Source of the DNA: Chara braunii
Lineage: Eukaryota; Plantae; Charophyceae
Length of the DNA stretch: 56,120 nt
Direction: 5' to 3'
Assembly (NCBI GenBank): GCA_003427395.1
Contig: BFEA01000034.1
Span: forward strand, 2,991,755-3,047,874
Under the pieces are notes generated by a model that saw nothing but the letters and a program-made list of their open reading frames with translations, ran no database searches and was not told the origin of the DNA. Within the stretch, counting starts at the first letter, position 1; every line of letters begins with the position of its first letter. Below are positions 11,301-24,299 of the stretch, piece after piece. A program made the translations under genes and the position numbers.

Positions 11301-13560
11301 ACTAGGAACGAGATCTTATGATTAAGTTCCCCACCTCCATAATAGAAGGTGCAGACCACGTCCTTGACGTAGTCATTGGCAACCATGCGCTCTTTGTTGG
11401 CTAGGGTAGATGCTACAGACCTACCCAAGTGTTGCACCCGGTCCCTAGGTGCAGTCTCACAACACAGTCGCGACTTACAAAGTTTCGCATGGAGCCAATG
11501 ATTTTGAAAGCGCCACACTTGCGGCCACCTACACCGACTTCCACAACAAAATGCTCCCCTCTAGGACCTCTACAAAGTGCCACCCATGACTCACGAGGGT
11601 CCCTTGTCGACCACTCGATTTCTAAGTCTTCTAAGGCTTCAGACACATCTATCGAACAGAGAGCCGTTTAGTCTAGATGCGTCTCCGGGATGACTAACGA
11701 GTCAATAGCCTCGGCCAACTTTTGAGGTGGTGAGGGTGCACCATCCACTTTTGCATCAGTAGCAGCAGCTACAACTTCTATTGGCCAGATGTGTGTCCCT
11801 GGTTTGTGCTCGTAGAAGCACCACCTTGGGCGGAAGATCCCCCAAAGCCACCTTTGGGGGGTATCTTCTGAGAGACCTTCGCATTCTTGCATCTAAATTG
11901 TTGATGGTCGTACTCGACACAGTTGATGCAAGCTTCGTGCGAATATCTGTCCCTCCATCTTGATCCACGCCAGCCCCCACCCAAGTCGGAGTCTTGTTTG
12001 AGTTATGAGCTTGCCCGACTCTTTTGCTGGCTGCCCTTGCCGTGGCCAGTATCCTTCCCTTTGGTTAATGCAGCGAGGTTGTTACCCTCGACACTCTCAT
12101 CGCTGCATAACTCTGTATCCTCCACAAGATAGGAAAGATCATCGATCTCGGTTTGATTCCCATCGGAATCAACCATCATCAATCGACTACCCTACTTTTT
12201 CCATTCTTGTGGGGTCTTCTTCTACCTACCATCCGTTGCAGGTTGTTGTGCTCCTCCTAGCGTAGCCTTTAAATCTAAGGCCTTCTTGTCGAAGGAGTCA
12301 AGTGTATAATAGTGGATGCTTGCCTCACTAACCATCAAGTTCTTGATGTCTGTGGAAAGACATCTCAAGAACATGGTCAACAGGACCTGTGGATTGTAGC
12401 AGACACCAAGGACGACAATGAGTTTCTCAACGGCAGTGGTGAGCTCTTGCGCAGACTTGTACTTTCTAGTATCAAGTCGGGCCAACGCATCAATGGCTTG
12501 TTGGGCCTGCTGAGGGTTGTGCCATCGCGTCTCAACCAACTCCATGAAACTCTCTATGGTATGGATAGTCATTCATACGCTTGCCGAAACCCATTGATGC
12601 CACTAGTCCATCTAGCCATCTCGTTGTGGATCCCTCAAGATATGAGACCGCAGTGATCACCTCTTCCTCGTACACACAATGGAACCGTTCTCAACCATGT
12701 GTTGAGTGCCTCGTCCTTCTCGTCTTCCGAGAAGGTGTGAGGTGGTTTCAATGGAGTCTTGGGGTACGAAGGCGTTGTGGTCCAATCTGTGGGACCGGCT
12801 GCTGGCCCATAGCTGCAGCAGATGGACCTGAGGATGAAGAAGCATCAGTTTGTGCGGCTGCTGCTGACGTACCAGTTGGTGGGATGCCAAATTGATGGAC
12901 AAATGGGCTTGTCATCGCCGATAACGAAGGCGGCGATGGAAAAGTTGTTGTTGGCCTAATACTAGGCCCGCCTGTTGTGAAAGGGACTGCTCGTCCCTTC
13001 CACTGCATGGCACTCAATATCTGGTCAAGGGTGTCCTAGATGTCATCCAGTTTCTTGTCCATGTAAGCATACATGCTCAGCATACCCGCCTTGAGGATTT
13101 TTGCAGGTCGTCAAGGGCGGAGTCATCTAGCCCTTCTAATGCAACTTTGTCTGCCCTTCTAATGCAGCTTTGTCTGCCCTTCTGTTCTCTAACCTGGATT
13201 TTCTATTTCTAATCTTTGTTTCTCTTTCGGGAGCTTTTTTAAGTTCCTTCTTTTACCGTAAGTGGATTAACTCGACCTGTTGGAGTTCTATTACCTCCCT
13301 CGTGTGCAAAGGTGGATGGCTGTACTGCGAGCCCGCCATATGACTGGAATAAGTTTTTGCACTGATCCCACTAGACGTAGCCTGCGAACTGGACGACATG
13401 CCTAATGTATGCTGACCCTGAGATGTAGCAGCAGAGGTAGCCATAGCTCCAGCAGTGGGTGCTGCCGCTGCCAATACTTGCTCCGCTGTTGCTGCTGCGT
13501 CCCTAGCCCTTTGCAAACGTTTGGATGTTGCCTTCCGTTGTAGCTCTCTCACCCTCAAGT
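8317..13560 (-). pseudogene. gag-pol pseudogene (gag, zinc knuckle, protease, RT, RNase H, integrase, chromodomain)
   Basis: CINCVEYDHQQFRC (CX2CX4HX4C); [25 protein letters not shown]; PFGLCNAPGTFQ..VVYLND (YLDD decayed); RELYAL; VSMDFM..IFVIVD..VSDR; YRVRFRHHTDPKEGHWFTREEL; numerous stops and frameshifts. Confidence 0.95.
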
Positions 13561-14945
13561 GGTAAGGCCTGATGCACGATAGGGATCCTAAGAGATTCCT
13601 GACGTGTCATCTTTCTCCCTTCAGATTTGTCCTCCCTACTACCTTGTCCGCTCATCGGCTAAGCAACACATTGTCTGCACTAGAGTCTAGAGTCCACATT
13701 GGGGCCTACCACAACTAGTGTCTGATCGATTTGAAAAATAAAAATAAAAATAAATAAATATTCTGCAAGTCACCCAGGCTACCGATCAAGTGGTGTCAAC
13801 AACATCTATGCAGACTGAACAAATGATATAATCCTACTTCGATTCGTTCACGCTCAAAAGCATTAGACAAAGCTGGAAATGGTAGACTACTACAATTCTA
13901 CTACTACAATTCTACTCTACTGTTGTCTCTTAGGTGTTAGCAGTCGGTCACACCTCAACTAATCAAAATAAAAATAAATCACTTGTGCAGATGTATGCAG
14001 AAATGGAAATAATAGTGTTTGTATTTCAGCACCAATTGGAATCTTCCCTTCCCTGTATTCAACGATCCTAACTGCATCATCAACCAACGGTGTCTATGGT
14101 GTGCATATCGGCCCACCCCTGTACCCAGTAATCCGCTTATGGCCAGCTTTGCCCTTGATTTATCCTCGTGTGCAACGGGCCTTACTCCGATGACCTGGCT
14201 GATCAAGAGGCAATTTAAGGACAACCCCCGAAGTCCTCAGGAATTATTTAACGTCGCAGACAGGACGACGATCACATCCAGATATCAGATCCCACCAGAG
14301 GTTCTTTATAGACGGTCTGGTACACGTCTCGCATAGGAGTGGCTAGTCCATGTGCCCTCTACAGCGCAGCAAGAGCTCAAAGGACAAAGCAGCAAAGCAT
14401 GTGTGCTCTACTCCCATGGGTTGGGATGATGACTGTGACCCGTGCTTCCACGAGGGCCCTTCAGAGGCACCGCCCTCTCCTGCCAGATGCGCCACCAGGA
14501 AGAATGTCGACTCTCAAGGTAGAGCGCTCACGACTCCTAAACCAAAAGAGGACACTCAAGTTGAACTCACTTCCTCACGATAAGAAGAGATTGAGATGGG
14601 AAGATAAGGTAAGGAAACAAAGTACCTGAAGATAGCTGCCCCCAACCACAAATTTCTCACCAATTCAGTCGACGTGCATTTTGATGACTGGTCATAACCT
14701 CGGTACCACACACAATGCAATGGAGTGCCACCTCAGCCAAAATGCAATGTCAGCATGCTCTCATCATCCCACATACATCCACTGTCGCCACAGCTTCCAC
14801 GCTGTCGCCACAGCCATCCTGCCAGACTCCCCTCTACCCGGGAGTGGCAAACCAAGCAAGCGCCAATGTATCCTCGCTGTGTAGAAGTTTCGTCAGTCCA
14901 CTAAGAACAAAGTCACCAGCACCGGTGATCAGCGATATCTAACCA

Positions 14946-14957
14946 GCTCCGATACCA
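14946..14957 (-). other. Primer binding site, tRNA-Met(i) type
   Basis: TGGTATCGGAGC on minus, 3 nt inside the 5' LTR (canonical TGGTATCAGAGC). Confidence 0.9.
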
Positions 14958-14960
14958 AAT

Positions 14961-16060
14961 TGCAAGGAATATGAGCGAGAGTGGTAGACAGAAATCCAAA
15001 TTGCAAAATGATGCTGAAGTCTGGATAGTCATGTACTAAGCAGAGAGGACAAAGCACCAAGATACCATCCAAATAAGAGCAATACAGTGAACTCAAATGT
15101 CAATGCCCACGCTCTCTGGCCACACCAACATAGTATCCAATGTCGCTCCTATTGTCTAGCGCCCAGCGCCCAGCCTACACTACTGTCTATCCTATCTACG
15201 TTCATGCAACAGGATCACTTCGACGTTGAAGACCAACGATGTCAACACCAATGCAGACCGCGAGCATACACCAGGTATGTTCTCTCTCCTCCCCTCATCA
15301 CACCCTGTCTCTCCTCTGCATGCGCTTCCTACCCGAAGACCACCATCGCCATCACCTGCTACCGCACGCTCGGCCCGGCTATGACCGCCGTGCGCCCGCT
15401 GCTACCGCTGCTTCCTCTCACCTCTTAGCGCCCGCGTGCGCCCCAGCCTGCCTGCTTAGCGCAGCATCGCACAGCGAAGCAGCAGCGTGGCCGCAATGCC
15501 TGCTCAGGCCAGCATGCCTTGCCCAGGGCCGCAGACTTTCCTTTATGGAAAGTTCGCCCAGCTGCTGGCCAGGCGTGTAGGGGCCCACTAGCTTCCAGTT
15601 GGCCCAAAGTGTCTGCGCCCCGGCCCAGTTTCAGATACTGGCCTAGGCCTCGTGCAGTTAGGCACGTCCAGGTAGCCCTCCAGGCTCCAAGTGTTTGCCG
15701 CGTTCTCATTGGCTTGTGGTAGGTGTGTGATGACAATGCTGCATTCTCATTGGTCCATGGCCACTGCGTGATGTGTCAGCCTCCCGCTGTGTGTGCCCAG
15801 GGCACAACCTCCTGAGCCCTGGGCTTAACTGTACAGCGCAGCTGTTGCTTCTTGAAGGAGCCACAGATGGCTCGCGTTGCTTTGTAACCAACTGGCATGC
15901 TGCAACTGTCTGATACCCCACATTCAAAAAATGTTGGAAGTAGGCCTCTTTTGGATGTACAGGCCCGCCTTCACTTAGGGCGGTCACGAGGCTTGCTGGG
16001 GGCCGCAGCCCAGAACATTTGCATGCCCGAGAAGGGCCTCGCGAGGGCTCATTCCTCGCA
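14961..16060 (-). repeat. 5' LTR
   Basis: tgcaaggaa(14961)...ttcctcgca(16060); homologous to 7159-8277. Confidence 0.95.
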
Positions 16061-17010
16061 TGAGATCCAACGAGGATAAATTCCCACCAGCACTGATTGC
16101 CCAGGACACCCCCAGGGATTAACTGAGTGGAATGGCTTCGACTGGATATTCTTACTGCAGTCTGGAGTACCTTGCGGCATCAATGCCCAGATTTGTTTAT
16201 AGTTTTGGGGTGTTGCATCACTGCTACGACCTTCTGGAGGGGCACAGGGGGCCCGAGTTGCTTGGCAACCCACTACGGAGAAGTCTTTGTTGGTCTAGGA
16301 GAAATGCACAGGAAGGTGGGGCCGTATACACAATATGTTGACCATCTCCAATTCCAGCATGGCCAAAAGGTATACCCATGTACTCTCATCAGGGTCTGCT
16401 GCCCAGTTGAATGGTTCTATTCTTGAACCCGGGCGGAGCCAGATGGCTACCCCCGGGCTCCCGGGCCTTGGTAGTGTGACCGGTGGGACTGGTGGGGCCA
16501 TATTCTTATGAGTGTGAGTGTGCTCGTTTGTGTCCGTATCCTTGGTGCAGATTGCATCTGGCCAGTCCTTCCCCTCCACGCCTCTTAGTTGGTCAAAAAT
16601 AGCTTGCTTTTGAGGTTGTCTGGCCAAGGCCAAACCATTCACGTTCCAACGAATGGGCTCATCACTGCAATGATCTTCACAATAACAAACAGTTGAGTAC
16701 TTTCTATGGACCAAGGTAAAGACCAGGCAAATGGCAATTCCCACAGAAGGGGTACTCACTCATTCAAAATGGGTAGAGCATGGGTCCTCAACTTCACCCA
16801 GGCTCAGCAAAGTGAAGAGCATAGTGCCAATCCCTGCAAAACAAGATGATACTCGAGCACGGTCAGTACCCTCACTCTGTACCCTCTGCAAAAATGGAGT
16901 GCATAGTTTCTGAAGACACCTGGTCATCATTTTGGAGAAAAGAGTTACGAGACAGGGGGCAGCGGGGTTGAAAGGGTGGAACTTCACGCCGCGGCTACTG
17001 AGCTACCTAG
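16061..17010 (-). mobile_element. 5' portion of the interrupted LINE 3' fragment (left part at 6990-7158)
   Basis: Carries the CAGTYAATC-stem-AATCARTGCTG motif seen upstream of poly(A) in the retroposed copies at 42855 and 46095; 5' boundary approximate. Confidence 0.5.
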
Positions 17011-17235
17011 TGTTTAAGTCAACTCAGAGAGGGTGAAAGGGTGTACTCTGTCATGCAACCGTATTACTGATTTATTGTGAGGGCACGGGTGTGCAGCCCG
17101 TGGTTTGTATATGCATGTGGTTGTGTGTGTGTGTGTGTGTGNNNNNNNNNNNNNNNNNNNNNNNNNNNNNNNNNNNNNNNNNNNNNNNNNNNNNNNNNNN
17201 NNNNNNNNNNNNNNNNNNNNNNNNNNNNNNNNNNN

Positions 17236-17310
<75 letters not shown>

Positions 17311-17632
17311 AACCATCATTTGGTTTTTTAATGGACCCCTTCGTGGGAGCCTGGATTAGGCGCTAGCTTCTTATAGACAGCAATCCATAGATTTGTCTCT
17401 CATGAGACTGCTGAATAGGCCACTGGCCCGAAATTCCTCATAGCTAGCGAAATCTATGGCAAGGAAAATGAGCAATGTGGATTACAAAAATGAAATTGCT
17501 GTCTTCCATAGCAATCAAACCATACTTGTGGCACATCAGGTGCGCGCCAATCGTGCACACGTGCCGCACTGCGCATTGCACACATGGTGTGCCGCATCGG
17601 CTAAGATCGTGGTCACCCCCCCCAAAAAAAAG

Positions 17633-18097
17633 TGGCCTGCGGGCCTAGCTCAGTTGGTAAGGCACAGAAGTTGCATTCAGGAGGTCGTCGGTTGAACCCC
17701 CAGAGGCCTCATGTACATCTCTGGGCAAGCTTGGTGTTCTACCAGCTAGAGATAACCCGTTGGCACCCCAAGCCAGCATTGGCGGGACCTTGGCTGACGT
17801 TGTTGGTTGCTATGCAGCGACAATATTGGCCATTAGACACTGCCATGTGGGGTTGGCGGGAGGTAGGGGGGGGTGTAGTGACTGGCCATTGCTCTGCGCT
17901 AGCACCGCCGATTTCCCCCATTGCAATGCCTGCCCACCCCTCATCACCGTGATGAGGGACTGGTACAGCTCTTGCACCACTGCTGTGGTGCCAATCTACC
18001 CCCTGGGCTTGGGAGAGATCCGGGTTGGTTGGTGTTCCCCCGCACTATACATAGACTAGCGAGAGGATGAGATAGATGAGTACTGGGAAGAAGATGA
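17633..18097 (+). mobile_element. tRNA-derived SINE (head resembles tRNA-Ala(UGC))
   Basis: A box TAGCTCAGTTGG, B-box-like GGTTGAACCC, TTGCA loop; body clearly homologous to the copies at 46538 and 48385. Confidence 0.88.
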
Positions 18098-18783
18098 GGC
18101 CTGGACCCCACTGCCCGGCGGCCTGGAAAAGTTTAGGCGCTGTAGTGTTTTCCAGACCCCACCAGTGTTGGAAACCGGTGTGGAAAGTCGGCCCGGAAAG
18201 GAATTCCAGACCCCACCGTGCTTGGAAGCAGGTCGCGGAAATGCTGAGGGGGCGTTTCTACTCGGTTGGCGGTCTGGAAATTCAACGCCGACCGCTTTCC
18301 ATTCCCTTTCCAAGGAGGCGTCCAGACGAGTAGGGGGAGGGGGGCATGTCCATCCGTTTCCAGACAACGGCTGGACGGCATGGACCACTCACCCTCGTCG
18401 TGGACTGTTTTTTGGACCGGGAGACCGCCGCGGACATGCTCTTGTTTTTTTACCATCGCACGGTTCCCCCAAGGGCCCGGAGGTCTGGGCCATCGATGCT
18501 CCCCTCACTTTATGAACGGCATGCTGCAGCATTCAAAATTCGAATTTTTGGCGGACTGAGGATGAAGGCCAGCCATGCAATCGCGACATTCATTTCCTAC
18601 GCGTGCATGGGGAGCATGAGCAGTGATTCCGATAGCTGGCCGTCGCCGACACCTCCATTAAACCCTCCTGCCTTGTGCAGTCCGTGCATGATGCCATTGC
18701 TCATCTCCTTCGCGCGCGCAGGGCGCGAGGCCTGTCTACGGGGAAGTCGTTTTGGGTGGTGTCGTCAGGCGGTCTCTGGCCGA

Positions 18784-19437
18784 CAGGGTTGTCGAGCCCC
18801 GGCCCCGGAGCCCCGGCGGGGGTCCCGGGGGCCGGGGGTTGGCACCCCTGGTACGCAGTCGCAGCCTGCACCCCCTGGGCCAAACTACAATATTGCAGTT
18901 TTGGCCCGATCTCGGGCCCCCCCGGGGGCTACACCCCCCTCTCGGGGGCCTGGGGTAGTGCGGGCGCGGGGCTGGGGGTTGGGCCCAGCGGGNNNNNNNN
19001 NNNNNNNNNNNNNNNNNNNNNNNNNNNNNNNNNNNNNNNNNNNNNNNNNNNNNNNNNNNNNNNNNNNNNNNNNNNNNNNNNNNNNNNNNNNNNNNNNNNN
19101 NNNNNNNNNNNNNNNNNNNNNNNNNNNNNNNNNNNNNNNNNNNNNNNNNNNNNNNNNNNNNNNNNNNNNNNNNNNNNNNNNNNNNNNNNNNNNNNNNNNN
19201 NNNNNNNNNNNNNNNNNNNNNNNNNNNNNNNNNNNNNNNNNNNNNNNNNNNNNNNNNNNNNNNNNNNNNNNNNNNNNNNNNNNNNNNNNNNNNNNNNNNN
19301 NNNNNNNNNNNNNNNNNNNNNNNNNNNNNNNNNNNNNNNNNNNNNNNNNNNNNNNNNGGGGCACCCCCACGGCGGGGGTCCGGGGGTCAAACCCCTACCT
19401 CGGCTTTGCCCCCAGGGGCCCCCGCCTGACAACCCTG
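18784..19437. mobile_element. hAT-family MITE (GC-rich, contains a gap)
   Basis: Perfect 10-bp TIR CAGGGTTGTC / GACAACCCTG; 8-bp flanks ctggccga / ctggtcgg (6/8); gcccc/ggggc subterminal repeats. Confidence 0.85.
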
Positions 19438-20427
19438 CTGGTCGGGGCTTGCATTTGGAAGCTGTGGGTTGTGTGGCGAGCAGCGTCTCTGGAATGCGAG
19501 GACTAGAACCTGCACTCTCGGTGTGCGCCCGCGCGCACACGTACCGACCGATATTGTGCTCTTGTGTTGCGGCCGTGACACATCCCGTGCTCCGTCGCCT
19601 ACCTCCCTTGCCATCCTCACTTCTTCGTCTACGTCGCCAAGGCGCTCGTTTGTCCTCGCTAGAGAGCAACCCCAGCACATGTGGGCAGGGATGGGCTGCA
19701 CATGAGGGTGTGGTTATAACTCCTTATCCACACACTCACCATATGTCAGTTGTTGAATGCTATCGGCGCCCGTGTGGATGTGACCAGTGCCATCAACGCT
19801 ATTGTGTGGATGTTGTCATTAACAACCACTGCAGCATAGGAGGGCAACGAAAAAAACCATCTTGGGCTGTTTTCGTAGGCCTGGTTGTGGTCGTCATCAT
19901 CCTTTCGATGTCTTTCTTCTTCTCGGTCGCTTTGTGGTGCGTGATCCTATGCTTCTGCCGTCGTGGGTGGAGATAGCACAAAAGGGGTGTCCTTGGAGGA
20001 AGCAGTACGTGGTGTTGGGTGTTGCCTTCGTTGTTGGCGCTTCGCAGAGAAATGGAGTCATATCGGTCGACGACAGATCCCTGTGCAGGTATGAGCTAGG
20101 GCATAGCAACTGAAGTTGCAAGCTCAAAGAAGAAAAGGAGGGATGAGGTTGGAGTATTAATAAGGATAACCTCTTCTATGATGCCTGTTGCGCCGATTAA
20201 CATCATCGCGCTTGCATTTGGCAATAGCATAGCGAAGAGTACCGAACGAAATCTCAGAAAAAATTCGAAGCACACGCAGCCAAAAGATGAGAGCATCCAT
20301 TACCCAAAGAAGTACTTTAAGCCATTCCATCGCAGCAGATTACCAGGATCGAGTGAGTAGCTTGCAAGCTAGGAGACGAGATCAGTGAGACTTAAGAGAG
20401 AGAGAGAGAGAGGGGGAGAGAGAGAGG

Positions 20428-20472
<45 letters not shown>

Positions 20473-20861
20473 NNNNNNNNNNNNNNNNNNNNNNNNNNNN
20501 NNNNNNNNNNNNNNNNNNNNNNNNNNNNNNNNNNNNNNNNNNNNNNNNNNNNNNNNNNNNNNNNNNNNNNNNNNNNNNNNNNNNNNNNNNNNNNNNNNNN
20601 NNNNNNNNNNNNNNNNNNNNNNNNNNNNNNNNNNNNNNNNNNNNNNNNNNNNNNNNNNNNNNNNGAGAGACGAAAGAGAGAGACGAAGATGATCACACTC
20701 ACGACAAACACGCGCAACGAAATTCTTGAAGCCCAAGCGATTAAGCAATAAAGATAATCATGAAGTACACTTCTGCCGCTCCATGTCGCCGATCAGACAG
20801 CCTGGTCGGCATAGGAGAAGCATAGATCGGTTGCGTTGATGGGGGATTCCAGTCCCAGGAC

Positions 20862-22431
20862 ATGCCTACGCAAAGATCTGTCCCGTACTCCTCGCCTTCA
20901 CCGGTGACGGCGCAGTCCTTCGGTGGCCAGTTGCACGAGGGTGTTAGGGCTGGGCCGATTCATGTCCCACCTGCTCCTGTGCCCTCTCCATCAATCCATC
21001 ATGCCGCAGGTGCATGTCGGCGGTTCGTTGTTCGGTCATCTGCACACACTCTGCATGCGGGCCCCGTGCACACGGGCCAAACCTCATATTGCACACAGGT
21101 TGGAGGTGGGTATGGCATGCCCGGTCCACACATGTTCCGAGTCGGCGGTGGGTATGGCATTGCCACGCACATGTACCCCACCCAGCACACTGTGGAAAGG
21201 GGCGGAGTAATGAGGGATGATTGGCAGGGTCCCCGCAGTGCGGACAAATGTCGCAGCCGCTGCAGGGCGAAATGTCCGCTCCCTCGCCCATGTCGGTCAG
21301 ACGGCCTGCTGCCTTCGCCTTCGCCTTCAATGGTAGATGTGCAAGGAGAGGATATGGACGAGGGGTGGCCTGTGTACAGTACTAGTTCGTCGCCTACCGG
21401 GTTGCAAGGCCGTTCCTTTGTTGGCGACGAAGATGAGTATGTTGACGATGGTGAAGGTGAAGGTGATGGCGGTAACACTGATGTGCAGACCTCCGACAAC
21501 GTGCATGACGACAGGGACAGTGTTGGGCAGACAGATGGGGGGGCAGAATGTGGTTGGGCCCCAAAGCAGCAGGCGTGGAAACAAGCGGGGGGCCAAAGAT
21601 GGTGCTGCAAAAAACAAAAAACAGAACATCCCGTGGAGCTTGGAGGAAAGGATCACACTGTCGAGATTGATGGTCGAGGATGACGCCCTAATGGCCAACG
21701 CTGAGGGCCAGCATTGGTTCTAGAAGAGGAAGGAGCGGTATGAGTGGGTGCACGATCGAATGGTGGATCACGGGTTTCCGCACAGGTCGGCGGAGGATTG
21801 CCATAAGAAGTGGCAGGGCATGATGGCTGCAGGGAAGTTGATTCTCGACAATTATGAGAATGCTTCGGGCAAACCTTCATACTGGGACATGACTATGGAG
21901 CAGCACAAGGCGGAGCAGGTGCCACTGGTCTTTGAGAATGCGCGGTGGGAAGCGATGGAGTGGCAACTCAATTGGCCCTCCATCAAGTGTGAAAACACGC
22001 TGGCGTCGGAGAACCTGCCTGGTAACGCGGAAGGGCCATCAGCGAACACAGGTCCAACACAGCCCGCGTCGGGGAAAAGTGGTTCCGACAGTAGAGCGAC
22101 GGAAGATTCCGACAGTGCAACGAAGACGTGGAGGACGAATATCGGCAAAGCGAGGATGGACGATACACCTAGCGGTGGGACAGTATTGGGGAGGGCGATG
22201 GAGGACGCGACACAGTCGTACAGCGAAGGTCTGGATAAGGCCGCTACCACTCTGGCAAAGGCAACATCGGAGGCCGGCTTAGCGATCGCAGCGAAGATTG
22301 GTGACGTCGCAGATGCCATGCGTGGGGGGAACACCGTCCTCGAGATGCTTGTGGGGGTTCTTGCGAGGCACGGGGGTGGGGGGAACAGCGGTGCACACGG
22401 GAGGGCGGACACAGACCCCTCATCTCGTTAG
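20862..22431 (+). pseudogene. Myb/SANT-like (trihelix-type) DNA-binding protein pseudogene
   Basis: WSLEERITLSRLM...(TAG 21721-21723)KRKERYEWVHDRMVDHGFPHRSAEDCHKKWQGM...KPSYWDMT: the W..W..CxxKW signature; one in-frame stop plus an upstream frameshift. Confidence 0.85.
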
Positions 22432-22552
22432 CACTCCAGGATAACAGGTTACTAAAAAAAAAAAAAAAAAGGAGCATAAAGAAAATATCAATCGATCATA
22501 CGTATATATATATATATATATCGTCACAAACAGAACTGCCCGGTAAACCGTA

Positions 22553-22626
<74 letters not shown>

Positions 22627-22661
22627 NNNNNNNNNNNNNNNNNNNNNNNNNNNNNNNNNNN

Positions 22662-23347
22662 GCCGAATGCCCGAACGTTCTGCACCCCCCCTCGACGCGT
22701 TCGGCCGTTCGGCCGAATGCGGACCAAAAAAAAAAACAAAACCTCCAAAAACTCTGAAAACATTATATGTTACGCAGAAGAATAAACTAAACAACATTTG
22801 CCTCAACGTTACATCCAAATTCTTTACCAAATTTGAAATAAAAATCAAATACTAAAAATAGATAATAATAATGAAAATTAGAAAAAATAAAATGAGAATG
22901 AAATTATTGAGTGGGCGAGCACGTTTTTTACACCGCCATCTTTGGCGATTTTTCATTTTGTTTTGGCTATGAAAAATGCCATGAAAATTTTTATATGTGT
23001 ATCTTACATAATAAAGAATCTACAAATAAATTTTGAAAAAATAATAATTTTTTTCATGCCCCGAAATAAAGGAAAAACAAAAAGTGAAAAGAGAGGAAAA
23101 CAAATTAGTGAGAAGGCAAACAAGTTTTGACACCACCATCTTTGCCGATTTTTCGTTTTTTTTTGGGTGAACAGAATAGCTTCAAAATTAAGAGGGACAT
23201 ACCTTACATCACAAAGAACTCACAAAAACAATTTCAGAAAAAAATAATAATATTTAGGTGCCAAAATATTTTTTTGCGGGGTCCAAACCCCTTCAAGTTC
23301 GGGCCCCGTACGGGACCCGAATGCCCGAACATTCGGGGGTCAACTTA
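22662..23347. mobile_element. AT-rich non-autonomous TIR element (MITE-like), left end in the gap
   Basis: ccgaatgcccgaac at both ends, clustered CCGAA/TTCGG motifs around an AT-rich core; sharp boundary at ...gggtcaactta against DIRS coding sequence. Confidence 0.55.
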
Positions 23348-23349
23348 GG

Positions 23350-24216
23350 GGCCTCCGTACATTCGGTCTGGCAACCCAAAGGAAGGAGTTGGTGGATTAA
23401 GAAGACCGAATTAACCATCCAAACCGATGCCTCGGATCACGCCATTGGGGCCATCATCCACCTCAATAAAGGAAGGAAAGAAAAATTAAGCATCCCCCTT
23501 CCAGATGAATGGTTGGAAGCATTCAACACACATAGAAAATTATTTCGAGTGTTTTATACCCTCTCTTTCGTTCAGAGTCGTTTCTCCCTTCCTTCCATCA
23601 ACGCCGCAGTCAAAGTGGTAGGAGACAACGCAGGAGCAGTAGCCTTGCTCAAGAATTGGAAATCACCCAATGCTAGAATGAACTCTCTCCTCAAAAAAAT
23701 AGCAACTATCATTTTGGATACCCAGGGGCAAATCAAACTCATCTGGGTACCTCGATGTCATAAGAAGTGGATTCTCTTTCAAAATGGAAGGACCTCACAG
23801 ATTGGTGTCTCGCCTCCTATTTGATCTCTCAAATCTTCAAGAAATGCGGAGTACCCTCGACTGATTTTTTTGCATCTCAAGCTCATCATGTTTCCCATTG
23901 CTTCGTCTCCGAAATTTGGTGCAATGATTGCAATGATGTGGATGCCTTATCTTTGGATTGGCAGGAATTTCGAGGAGACTCCTATCTTTGGCTATTTCTA
24001 CTTGTTTTGCTACTTAGCAAAGTGGTAAGAAGAATGAAGGCATTCGGAGGAGAGTACCTACTCATCACCCCCACGACCCCCAAAGCAGTTTGGTCTCCCA
24101 TGGTTGCTGTCATGCGCTGTTCAGGAACAATGAAAATTCCTAACGTTCCTGCCTCTTGTACGCCTAGCTCAAGAGTGCCAAGGGTACTCTCAACTCTGAC
24201 ACCTTCAAGCTATTAG
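23350..24216 (+). pseudogene. DIRS-type RNase H plus methyltransferase-like domain
   Basis: IQTDASDHAIGA...VVGDNAGAV...IWVPR / DSLSK...DWCL...TDFFAS...FVS...VDALSLDW...YLWLF, matching the TDAS-DN-WxPR and DLFAS-DAF-DW-YxFPP pattern; frameshifted. Confidence 0.85.
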
Positions 24217-24299
24217 CCAGAAGGATCTTGTTGTCGACGAGCTCCCCGAGTATGATAACTATAGTCATATAAGATGAAGAACGACAAACTCTTCCAAGA

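Larger units (their letters stand above)
7159..16060 (-). mobile_element. Full-length degenerate Ty3/gypsy LTR retrotransposon with C-terminal chromodomain (chromovirus-like)
   Basis: Paired LTRs of about 1.1 kb with TGCAAGGAA..TTCCTYGCA termini, PBS, PPT, domain order gag(CCHC)-PR-RT-RH-INT-chromo, TGAG duplicated on both flanks. Confidence 0.97.
18098..22440 (+). mobile_element. PIF/Harbinger-like element remnant (left end plus Myb/SANT gene; right end not seen)
   Basis: Begins GGCCTGGACCCCACTG (Harbinger-like TIR) and truncates the SINE tail; many TGGAAA/TTTCCA subterminal motifs at 18125-18365; downstream Myb/SANT ORF. No transposase found. Confidence 0.5.
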
